NCBI GenBank assembly: GCA_964016885.1
Contig: OZ024744.1
Coordinates: 11,532,001 to 11,596,000, forward strand
Reading direction: 5' to 3'
DNA length: 64,000 nt
DNA from: Eledone cirrhosa
Lineage: Eukaryota
In this document: piece by piece, positions 41,659-54,800 of the stretch
Numbering within the stretch: position 1 is the stretch's first letter
Layout: every line of letters starts with the position of its first letter
Position numbers and translations under genes: made by a program
The notes under the pieces: generated by a model
Told to the model about the DNA's origin: nothing
The model's input: the letters and a program-made list of their open reading frames with translations, nothing else
The model's database searches: none

Positions 41659-44600
41659 TGTGTTGTTATACTCCAATATGTTGTGTTGGTGTACTCCAAT
41701 ATGGTGTGCTGTTGTACTCCAAATCTCGTGTTGTTATACTCCAATGTGTTGTGTTGTTATACTCCAATATGGTGTGTTGTTGAACTCCAATATGTTGTAT
41801 TGTTTTTCTCCAATATGTCATGTTATACTCCAATATGTCGTGTTGCTCTACTCCAATATGTCATGCTGTTGTACTCCAATATGTTTTGCTGTTGTACTCC
41901 ACCGTGTTGTGTTGTTGAACTCCAATACGTTGTGTTGTTGTTCTCCAATATTTTGTGCTGTTGTACTCCAATTTGTGTTGTTGTACTCCAATATGTTGTG
42001 TTGTTGTACTCCAATATGTTGTGTTGTTGTACTCCAATATGTTGTGTTGTTATACTCCAATATGTTGTGCTGTTGTACTCCAATATTTCGTGTTGTTGTA
42101 CTCCAATACGTCGTGTTGTTGTACTCCAATATGTTTTGATGTTGTACTCAAATATGTTGTGTTGTTGTACTCCAATATGTTTTGATGTTGTACTCCAATA
42201 TGTTGTGTTGTTGTACTCCAATATGTTGTGTAGTCTTACTCCAATATGTTGTGTTGTTGTACTCCAATATGCTGTGATGTTGTACTCCAATATGATGTGA
42301 TGTTGTACTCCAATGCGTTGTGTTGTTGTACTCCAATGTGATGTGTTGTAGTACTCCAATATGTTGTGCCATTGTACTCCAATATTTTTTATATTTGTAC
42401 TCCAATATGTTGTGTTGTTATACTCCAATATGTTGTGCTGTTGTACTCCAAATCTCGTGTTGTTATACTCCAATGTGTTGTGTTGTTATACTCCAATATG
42501 GTGTGTTGTTGTAGTCCAATATGTTGTATTGTTTTTTTCCAATATGTCATGTTATACTCCAATATGTTGTGTTCGTGTACTCCAATATGTTGTGTTATTG
42601 TACTCCAATATGTTGCGTTGTTGTACTCCAATATGTTGTGTTGTTATACTCCAATATGTTGTGTTGTTGTACTGCAATATGTTGTCTTGTTGTACTCCAA
42701 AAGGCCATGTTATCGTACTCCAATATGTCTTGTTATACTCCAATATGTCGTGTGGCTGTACTCCAATATGTCATGTTGTTGTACTCCAATATGTCTTGTT
42801 ATAGTCCAATATGTCGTGTTGTTGTACTCCAATATGTCATGTAGTTGTATTCCAATATTTCGTGTTGTTGTACCCCAATATGTCGTGTTGTTTATACTCC
42901 AATATGTTTTGCTGTTGTACTCCAATATGTTGTGTTGCTGTATTCCAATATGTTGTGTTGTTATTCTCCAATATGTTGTGCTGTTGTACTCCAATGTGTT
43001 ATGTTGTTATACTCCAATATGTTGTGCTGTGCTACTCCAATATATTGTGTTGTTGTACTCCAATGTGTTGTGTTGTTATACTCCAATATGTTGTGTTGAT
43101 TTACTCCAATATGTTGTGTTGTTGTACTCCAATCTGTTGTGTTGTTATACTCCAATATGTTGTGTTGTTATACTCCAATATGTTGTATTGTTTTACTCCA
43201 ATATGTTGTGTTGTTGTACTCCAATATGTTGTGTTGTTGTACTCCAATATGTTGTGTTGTTGTAATCCAATATCTTGTGTTGTTATACTCCAATATGTTG
43301 TGTTGTTGTACTCCAATATGTTGTGTTGTTATACTCCAATATGTTGTGTTGTGATACTCCAATATGTTGTGCTGTTGTACTCCAATATGTTGTGTTGTTA
43401 TACTCCAATATGTTGTGTTGTTTTACTCCAATATGTTGTGTTGTTGTACTCCAATATGTTGTATTGTTGTTCTCCAATATGTCATGTTATACTCCAATAA
43501 GTTGTGTTCCTGTACTCCAATATGTTGTGTTGTTGTACTCCAATATATCATGTTGTCGTACTCCAATATGTCATGTTATACTCCAATATGTCGTTGTTAT
43601 ACTCCAATATGTCATGTTGTTGTACTCCAATATGTCGTATTGTTATACTCCAATATGTTTTGATGTTGTACTCCAATATGTTGTGTAGTCGTACTCCAAT
43701 ATGTTGTATTGTTATACTCCATTATGTTGTGCTGTTGTACTCCAATATGTTCTGTTGTTGTACTCCAATATATTGTGTTGTTGTACTCCAATATGTCGTG
43801 TTGTTGTACTCCAATATGTCGTGTTGTTGTACTCCAATATGTTGTGTTGTTGTACTCCAATATGTTGTGTTGTTGTACTCCAATATGTTGTATTGTTATA
43901 CTCCAATATGTTATGTTGTTGTACTCCAATATGTCATGTTGTTGTACTCCAATATGTTTTGATGTTGTACTCCAATATGTTGTGTTGTTGTACTCCAATA
44001 TGTTTTGATGTTGTACTCCAATATGTTGTGTTGTTGTACTCCAATATGCTGTGTAGTCGTACTCCAATATGTTGTGTTGTTGTACTCCAATATGCTGTGA
44101 TGTTGTACTCCAATATGATGTGCTGTTGTACTCCAATGCGTTGTGTTGTTGTACTCCAATATGCTGTGTTGTTATACTCCAATATGTTGTGTTGGTGTAC
44201 TCCAATATGGTGTGCTGTTGTACTCCAAATCTCGTGTTGTTATACTCCAATGTGTTGTGTTGTTATACTCCAATATGGTGTGTTGTTGAACTCCAATATG
44301 TTGTATTGTTTTTCTCCAATATGTCATGTTATACTCCAATATGTCGTGTTGCTGTACTCCAATATGTCATGCTGTTGTACTCCAATATGTTTTGCTGTTG
44401 TACTCCACCGTGTTGTGTTGTTGAACTCCAATACGTTGTGTTGTTGTTCTCCAATATTTTGTGCTGTTGTACTCCAATTTGTGTTGTTGTACTCCAATAT
44501 GTTGTGTTGTTGTGCTCCAATATGTTGTGTTGTTGTACTCCAATATGTTGTGTTGTTATACTCCAATATGTTGTGCTGTTGTACTCCAATATTTCGTGTT

Positions 44601-46700
44601 GTTGTACTCCAATACGTCGTGTTGTTGTACTCCAATATGTTTTGATGTTGTACTCAAATATGTTGTGTTGTTGTACTCCAATATGTTTTGATGTTGTACT
44701 CCAATATGTTGTGTTGTTGTACTCCAATATGTTGTGTAGTCTTACTCCAATATGTTGTGTTGTTGTACTCCAATATGCTGTGATGTTGTACTCCAATATG
44801 ATGTGATGTTGTACTCCAATGCGTTGTGTTGTTGTACTCCAATGTGATGTGTTGTTGTACTCCAATATGTTGTGCCATTGTACTCCAATATTTTTTATAT
44901 TTGTACTCCAATATGTTGTGTTGTTATACTCCAATATGTTGTGCTGTTGTACTCCAAATCTCGTGTTGTTATACTCCAATGTGTTGTGTTGTTATACTCC
45001 AATATGGTGTGTTGTTGTAGTCCAATATGTTGTATTGTTTTTTTCCAATATGTCATGTTATACTCCAATATGTTGTGTTCGTGTACTCCAATATGTTGTG
45101 TTATTGTACTCCAATATGTTGCGTTGTTGTACTCCAATATGTTGTGTTGTTATACTCCAATATGTTGTGTTGTTGTACTGCAATATGTTGTCTTGTTGTA
45201 CTCCAAAAGGCCATGTTATCGTACTCCAATATGTCTTGTTATACTCCAATATGTCGTGTGGCTGTACTCCAATATGTCATGTTGTTGTACTCCAATATGT
45301 CTTGTTATAGTCCAATATGTCGTGTTGTTGTACTCCAATATGTCATGTAGTTGTATTCCAATATTTCGTGTTGTTGTACCCCAATATGTCGTGTTGTTTA
45401 TACTCCAATATGTTTTGCTGTTGTACTCCAATATGTTGTGTTGCTGTATTCCAATATGTTGTGTTGTTATTCTCCAATATGTTGTGCTGTTGTACTCCAA
45501 TGTGTTATGTTGTTATACTCCAATATGTTGTGCTGTGCTACTCCAATATATTGTGTTGTTGTACTCCAATGTGTTGTGTTGTTATACTCCAATATGTTGT
45601 GTTGATTTACTCCAATATGTTGTGTTGTTGTACTCCAATCTGTTGTGTTGTTATACTCCAATATGTTGTGTTGTTATACTCCAATATGTTGTATTGTTTT
45701 ACTCCAATATGTTGTGTTGTTGTACTCCAATATGTTGTGTTGTTGTACTCCAATATGTTGTGTTGTTGTAATCCAATATCTTGTGTTGTTATACTCCAAT
45801 ATGTTGTGTTGTTGTACTCCAATATGTTGTGTTGTTATACTCCAATATGTTGTGTTGTGATACTCCAATATGTTGTGCTGTTGTACTCCAATATGTTGTG
45901 TTGTTATACTCCAATATGTTGTGTTGTTTTACTCCAATATGTTGTGTTGTTGTACTCCAATATGTTGTATTGTTGTTCTCCAATATGTCATGTTATACTC
46001 CAATAAGTTGTGTTCTTGTACTCCAATATGTTGTGTTGTTGTACTCCAATATATCATGTTGTCGTACTCCAATATGTCATGTTATACTCCAATATGTCGT
46101 TGTTATACTCCAATATGTCATGTTGTTGTACTCCAATATGTCGTATTGTTATACTCCAATATGTTTTGATGTTGTACTCCAATATGTTGTGTAGTCGTAC
46201 TCCAATATGTTGTATTGTTATACTCCATTATGTTGTGCTGTTGTACTCCAATATGTTCTGTTGTTGTACTCCAATATATTGTGTTGTTGTACTCCAATAT
46301 GTCGTGTTGTTGTACTCCAATATGTCGTGTTGTTGTACTCCAATATGTTGTGTTGTTGTACTCCAATATGTTGTGTTGTTGTACTCCAATATGTTGTATT
46401 GTTATACTCCAATATGTTATGTTGTTGTACTCCAATATGTCATGTTGTTGTACTCCAATATGTTTTGATGTTGTACTCCAATATGTTGTGTTGTTGTACT
46501 CCAATATGTTTTGATGTTGTACTCCAATATGTTGTGTTGTTGTACTCCAATATGCTGTGTAGTCGTACTCCAATATGTTGTGTTGTTGTACTCCAATATG
46601 CTGTGATGTTGTACTCCAATATGATGTGCTGTTGTACTCCAATGCGTTGTGTTGTTGTACTCCAATATGCTGTGTTGTTATACTCCAATATGTTGTGTTG
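41659..46700 (+). repeat. Tandem duplication, 2 x 2,506 bp, nested in the first 10,213-bp unit
   Basis: CCAAAAGGCC at 42697 and 45203; ORF pairs 41955/44461, 42366/44872 and 43504/46010 are all offset by 2,506. The junction is at about 44165-44194. Confidence 0.94.
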
Positions 46701-49700
46701 TTGTACTCCAATATGTTGTGTTGTTTTACTCCAATATGTTGTGTTGTTGTACTCCAATATCTTGTATTGTTGTTCTCCAATATGTCATGTTATACTCCAA
46801 TAAGTTGTGTTCTTGTACTCCAATATGTTGTGTTGTTGTACTCCAATATGTTGTGTTGTTGTACTCCAATATATCATGTTGTCGTACTCCAATATGTCAT
46901 GTTATACTCCAATGTGTCATTGTTGTACTCCAATATGTCGTGTTGTTGTACTCCAATATGTCGTGTTGTTGTACTCCAATATGTTGTGTTGTTGTACTCC
47001 AATATGTTGTGTTGTTGTACTCCAATATGTTGTGTTGTTATACTCCAATATGTTATGTTGTTGTACTCCAATATGTCATGTTGTTGTACTCCAATATGTT
47101 TTGATGTTGTACTCCAATATGTCGTGTTGTTATACTCCAATATGTTATGATGTTGTACTCCAATATATTGTGTTGTTGTTCTCCAATATGTTGTGTTGCT
47201 GTACTCCAATATGTTGTGTCGTTGTACTCCAATACGTTGTGTTGTTGTACTCCAATATGTTGTGTTGTTGTACTCCAATATGTTGTTATACTCCAATATG
47301 TCATGTTGTCGTACTCCAATATTTCGTGTTGTTGTACTCCAATATGTCATGGTGTTGTACTCCAATATGTTGTGTTGTTGTACTCCAATATGTTGTGTTG
47401 TTGTACTCCAATATGTTGTGTTGTTGTACTCCAATATGTTGTGTTGTTGTACTCCAATATGTTGTGTTGTTGTACTCCAATATGTTGTGTTGTTGTACTC
47501 CAATATGCCATGTTGTTATACTCCAATATGTGGTGGTGTTGTACTCCAATATGTCATGTTGTTGTACTCCAATATTTCGTGTTGTTGTACTCCAATATGT
47601 CATAGGGGTTGTACTCCAATATGTTGTGTTGCTGTACTCCAATAGGTTGTGTTGTTGTACTCCAATATGTTGTGCTGCTGTACTCCAATATGTTGTGTTG
47701 TTGTACTCCAATATGTTGTGTTGTTGTACTCCAATATGTTGTGTTGTTGTACTCCAATCTATATCGCTGTTGTACTCCAATATGTTGTGTTGTTGTACTC
47801 CAATATGTTGTGCTGTTGTACTCCAATATGTTGTGCTGTTGTACTCCAATATTTTGTGCTGTTATACTCCAATATATTGTGTTGTTATACTCCAATATGT
47901 TGTGTTGTTGTACTCCAAAATATTGTGTTGTTATACTCCAATATGTTGTGTTGTTATACTCCAATAAGTTGTGCTGTTATACTCCAATATGTTGTGTTGT
48001 TGTACTCCAATATGTTGTGCTGTTATACTCCAATATTTTGTGTTGTTATACTCCAATATGTGGTATTTTTGTACTCCAATATGTTGTGCTGTTGTACTCC
48101 AATATGTTGTGTTGTTATACTCCAACATGTTGTGTTGTTATACTCCAATATGTTGTGTTGTTATACTCGAATATGTTGTGTTGTTATACTCGAATATCTT
48201 GTGTTGTTATACTCGAATATGTTGTGCTGTTGTACTCCAATATGTCGTGTTGTTGTACTCCAATATATCATGTAGTTGTACTCCAATATTTCGTGTTGTT
48301 GTACCCCAATATGTAGTGTTGTTTATACTCCAATATGTTTTGCTGTTGTACTCCAATATGTTGTGTTGCTGTACTCCTATATGTTGTGTTGTTATTCTCC
48401 AATATGTTGTGCTGTTGTACTCCAATGTGTTGTGTTGTTATACTCCAATATGTTGTGTTGATTTACTCCAATATGTTGTGTTGTTGTACTCCAATATGCT
48501 GTGTTGTTATACTCCAATGTGTTGTGTTGTTATACTCCAATATGTTGTGTTGTTGTAGTCCAATATGTTGTGTTGTCGTACTCCAATATGTTGTGTTGTT
48601 ATACTCCAATATTTCGTGTGGTTGTACTCCAATATGTCATGGTGTTGTACTTCAATATGTCGTGTTGTTGTACTCCAATATGTTGCCTTGCTGTACTCCA
48701 ATATGTTGTGTTGTTGTACTCCAATATCTTGTGTTCTTATACTCCAATATGTTATGTTGTTATACTCCAATATGTTGTGTTGTTGTACTCCAATATGTTG
48801 TGCTGTTTTACTCCAATATGTTGTGTTGTTGTACTCCAATATGTTGTATTGTTTTTCTCCAATATGTCATGTTATACTCCAATAAGTTGTGTTCTTGTAC
48901 TCCAATATGTTGTGTAGTTGTACTCCAATATATCATGTTGTCGTACTCCAATATGTCATGTTATACTCCAATATGTCATTGTTGTACTCCAATATGTCGT
49001 GTTGTTGTACTCCAATATGTCGTGTTGTTGTACTCCAATATGTTGTGTTGTTGTACTCCAATATGTTGTGTTGTTGTACTCCAATATGTTGTGTTGTTAT
49101 ACTCCAATATGTTATGTTGTTGTACTCCAATATGTCATGTTGTTGTACTCCAATATGTTTTGATGTTGTACTCCAATATGTTGTGTTGTTGTACTCCAAT
49201 ATGTTTTGATGTTGTAGTCCAATATGTTGTGTTGTTGTACTCCAATATGTTGTGTAGTCGTACTCCAATATGTTGTGTTGTTGTACTCCAATATGCTGTG
49301 ATGTTGTACTCCAATATGACGTGCTGTTGTACTCCAATGCGTTGTGTTGTTGTACTCCAATATGCTGTGTTGTTATACTCCAATATGTTGTGTTGTTGTA
49401 CTCCAATATGTTGTGTTGTTGTACTCCAATATGTTGTGTTGTTGTAATCCAATATCTTGTGTAGTTATACTCCAATATGTTGTGCTGTTGTACTCCAATA
49501 TGTTGAGTTGTTATACTCCAATATGTAGTGTTGTTATACTCCAATATGTTGTGTTGTTGTACTCCAATCTGTTGCGTTATACTCCAATATGTTGTGTTGT
49601 TATACTCCAATATGTTGTGTTGTTATACTCCAATATGTTGTGTTGTTTTACTCCAATATGTTGTATTGTTGATCTCCAATATGTCATATTATACTCCAAT

Positions 49701-51871
49701 AAGTTGTGTTCTTGTACTCCAATATGTGTTGTTGTTGTACTCCAATATGTTGCGTTGTTGTACTCCAATATATCATGTTGTCGTACTCCAATATGTCATG
49801 TTATACTCCAATATGTTTTGATGCTGTACTCCAATATGTTGTGTTGTTGTACTACAATATGTTGTGTTATTGTACTCCAATATGTTGTGTTGTTATACTC
49901 CAATATGTTGTGCTGTTGTACTCCAATATGTTGTGTTGTTATACTCCAATATGTAGTGTTGTTATACTCCAATATGTTGTGTTGTTGTACTCCAATCTGT
50001 TGTGTTGTTATACTCCAATATATTGTGTTGTTATACTCCAATATGTTGTGTTGTTTTACTCCAATATGTTGTGTTGTTGTACTCCAATATGTTGTATTGT
50101 TGTTCTCCAATATGTCATGTTATACTCCAATAAGTTGTGTTCTTGTACTCCAATATGTTGTGTTGTTGTACTCCAATATGTTGTGTTGTTGTACTCCAAT
50201 ATATCATGTTGTCGTACTCCAATATGTCATGTTATACTCCAATATGTCGTTGTTATACTCCAATATGTCATGATGTTGTACTCCAATATGTCGTGTTCTT
50301 GTACTCCAATATGTCGTGTTGTCGTACTCCAATATGTTGTGTTGTTGTACTCCAATATGTTGTGCTGTTGTACTCCAATATGTTTGTTGTTGTACTCCAA
50401 TATGTTGTGTTGTTATACTCCAATATGTTGTGTTGTTGTACTCCAATATTTCGTGTTGTTGTACTCCAATACGTCGTGTTGTATTCCAATATGTTGTGTT
50501 GTTATACTCCAATATGTTATGTTGTTGTACTCCAATGTGTCTTGTTGTTGTACTCCAATATGTTTTGATGTTGTACTCCAATATGTTGTGTTGTTGTACT
50601 CCAATATGTTTTGATGTTGTACTCCAATATGTTGTGTTGTTGTACTCCAATATGTTGTGTAGTCGTATTCCAATATGTTGTGTTGTTGTACTCTAACATG
50701 TTTTGTTGTTATTCTCCAATATGTTGTGATGTTGTACTCCAATGTGTTGTGTTGTTGTACTCCAATGTGATGTGTTGTTGTACTCCAATATGTTGTGCTG
50801 TTGTACTCCAATATTTTTTTGTTTTTTGTACTCCAATATGTTGTGTTGTTATACTCCAATATGTTGTGTTGTTATACTCCAATATGGTGTGTTGTTGTAC
50901 TCCAATATGTTGTATTGTTTTCTCCAATATGTCATGTTATACTCCAATATGGTGTGTTCGTGTACTCCAATATGTTGTGTTATTATACTCCAATATGTTG
51001 CGTTGTTGTACTCCAATATGTTGTGTTGTTATACTCCAATATGTCGTGTGGCTGTACTCCAATATGTCATGTTGTTGTACTCCAATATGTCTTGTTATAG
51101 TCCAATATGTCGTGTTGTTGTACTCCAATATATCATGTAGTTGTACTCCAATATTTCGTGTTGTTGTACCCCAATATGTAGTGGTGTTTATACTCCAATA
51201 TATTTTGCTGTTGTACTCCAATATGTTGTGTTGCTGTACTCCTATATGTTGTGTTGTTATTCTCCAATATGTTGTGCTGTTGTACTCCAATGTGTTGTGT
51301 TGTTATACTCCAATGTGTTGTGTTGTTATACTCCAATATGTTGTGTTGTTGTAGTCCAATATGTTGTGTTGTCGTACTCCAATATGTTGTGTTGTTATAC
51401 TCCAATATTTCGTGTGGTTGTACACCAGTATGTCATGGTGTTGTACTTCAATATGTCGTGTTGTTGTACTCCAATATGTTGTCTTGTTGTACGCCAATCT
51501 GTTGTATTGTTGTACTTCAATATGTTCTGTTGTTGTACTCCAATATATTGTGTTGTTGTACTCCAATATGTTGTGTTGTTGTACTCCAATATGCTGTGTT
51601 GTTGTACTCCAATATGTTGTGTTGTTGTACTCCAATATGTTGTGTTGTTGTACTCCAATATGTTGTGTTCTTATACTCCAATATGTTGTGTTGTTATACT
51701 CCAATATGTTGTGTTGTTGTACTCCAATATGTTGTGCTGTTGTACTCCAATATGATGTGCTGTTATACTCCAATATGTTGTGTTGTTGTACTCCAATGTG
51801 TTGTGTTGTTGTACTCCAATATGTTGTGCCGTTGTACTCCAATATTTTTTTGTTTTTGTACTCCAAAATGT

Positions 51872-54800
51872 TGTGTTGTTATACTCCAATATGTTGTGTT
51901 GGTGTACTCCAATATGGTGTGCTGTTGTACTCCAAATCTCGTGTTGTTATACTCCAATGTGTTGTGTTGTTATACTCCAATATGGTGTGTTGTTGAACTC
52001 CAATATGTTGTATTGTTTTTCTCCAATATGTCATGTTATACTCCAATATGTCGTGTTGCTGTACTCCAATATGTCATGCTGTTGTACTCCAATATGTTTT
52101 GCTGTTGTACTCCACCGTGTTGTGTTGTTGAACTCCAATACGTTGTGTTGTTGTTCTCCAATATTTTGTGCTGTTGTACTCCAATTTGTGTTGTTGTACT
52201 CCAATATGTTGTGTTGTTGTACTCCAATATGTTGTGTTGTTGTACTCCAATATGTTGTGTTGTTATACTCCAATATGTTGTGCTGTTGTACTCCAATATT
52301 TCGTGTTGTTGTACTCCAATACGTCGTGTTGTTGTACTCCAATATGTTTTGATGTTGTACTCAAATATGTTGTGTTGTTGTACTCCAATATGTTTTGATG
52401 TTGTACTCCAATATGTTGTGTTGTTGTACTCCAATATGTTGTGTAGTCTTACTCCAATATGTTGTGTTGTTGTACTCCAATATGCTGTGATGTTGTACTC
52501 CAATATGATGTGATGTTGTACTCCAATGCGTTGTGTTGTTGTACTCCAATGTGATGTGTTGTAGTACTCCAATATGTTGTGCCATTGTACTCCAATATTT
52601 TTTATATTTGTACTCCAATATGTTGTGTTGTTATACTCCAATATGTTGTGCTGTTGTACTCCAAATCTCGTGTTGTTATACTCCAATGTGTTGTGTTGTT
52701 ATACTCCAATATGGTGTGTTGTTGTAGTCCAATATGTTGTATTGTTTTTTTCCAATATGTCATGTTATACTCCAATATGTTGTGTTCGTGTACTCCAATA
52801 TGTTGTGTTATTGTACTCCAATATGTTGCGTTGTTGTACTCCAATATGTTGTGTTGTTATACTCCAATATGTTGTGTTGTTGTACTGCAATATGTTGTCT
52901 TGTTGTACTCCAAAAGGCCATGTTATCGTACTCCAATATGTCTTGTTATACTCCAATATGTCGTGTGGCTGTACTCCAATATGTCATGTTGTTGTACTCC
53001 AATATGTCTTGTTATAGTCCAATATGTCGTGTTGTTGTACTCCAATATGTCATGTAGTTGTATTCCAATATTTCGTGTTGTTGTACCCCAATATGTCGTG
53101 TTGTTTATACTCCAATATGTTTTGCTGTTGTACTCCAATATGTTGTGTTGCTGTATTCCAATATGTTGTGTTGTTATTCTCCAATATGTTGTGCTGTTGT
53201 ACTCCAATGTGTTATGTTGTTATACTCCAATATGTTGTGCTGTGCTACTCCAATATATTGTGTTGTTGTACTCCAATGTGTTGTGTTGTTATACTCCAAT
53301 ATGTTGTGTTGATTTACTCCAATATGTTGTGTTGTTGTACTCCAATCTGTTGTGTTGTTATACTCCAATATGTTGTGTTGTTATACTCCAATATGTTGTA
53401 TTGTTTTACTCCAATATGTTGTGTTGTTGTACTCCAATATGTTGTGTTGTTGTACTCCAATATGTTGTGTTGTTGTAATCCAATATCTTGTGTTGTTATA
53501 CTCCAATATGTTGTGTTGTTGTACTCCAATATGTTGTGTTGTTATACTCCAATATGTTGTGTTGTGATACTCCAATATGTTGTGCTGTTGTACTCCAATA
53601 TGTTGTGTTGTTATACTCCAATATGTTGTGTTGTTTTACTCCAATATGTTGTGTTGTTGTACTCCAATATGTTGTATTGTTGTTCTCCAATATGTCATGT
53701 TATACTCCAATAAGTTGTGTTCTTGTACTCCAATATGTTGTGTTGTTGTACTCCAATATATCATGTTGTCGTACTCCAATATGTCATGTTATACTCCAAT
53801 ATGTCGTTGTTATACTCCAATATGTCATGTTGTTGTACTCCAATATGTCGTATTGTTATACTCCAATATGTTTTGATGTTGTACTCCAATATGTTGTGTA
53901 GTCGTACTCCAATATGTTGTATTGTTATACTCCATTATGTTGTGCTGTTGTACTCCAATATGTTCTGTTGTTGTACTCCAATATATTGTGTTGTTGTACT
54001 CCAATATGTCGTGTTGTTGTACTCCAATATGTCGTGTTGTTGTACTCCAATATGTTGTGTTGTTGTACTCCAATATGTTGTGTTGTTGTACTCCAATATG
54101 TTGTATTGTTATACTCCAATATGTTATGTTGTTGTACTCCAATATGTCATGTTGTTGTACTCCAATATGTTTTGATGTTGTACTCCAATATGTTGTGTTG
54201 TTGTACTCCAATATGTTTTGATGTTGTACTCCAATATGTTGTGTTGTTGTACTCCAATATGCTGTGTAGTCGTACTCCAATATGTTGTGTTGTTGTACTC
54301 CAATATGCTGTGATGTTGTACTCCAATATGATGTGCTGTTGTACTCCAATGCGTTGTGTTGTTGTACTCCAATATGCTGTGTTGTTATACTCCAATATGT
54401 TGTGTTGGTGTACTCCAATATGGTGTGCTGTTGTACTCCAAATCTCGTGTTGTTATACTCCAATGTGTTGTGTTGTTATACTCCAATATGGTGTGTTGTT
54501 GAACTCCAATATGTTGTATTGTTTTTCTCCAATATGTCATGTTATACTCCAATATGTCGTGTTGCTGTACTCCAATATGTCATGCTGTTGTACTCCAATA
54601 TGTTTTGCTGTTGTACTCCAGCGTGTTGTGTTGTTGAACTCCAATACGTTGTGTTGTTGTTCTCCAATATTTTGTGCTGTTGTACTCCAATTTGTGTTGT
54701 TGTACTCCAATATGTTGTGTTGTTGTGCTCCAATATGTTGTGTTGTTGTACTCCAATATGTTGTGTTGTTATACTCCAATATGTTGTGCTGTTGTACTCC

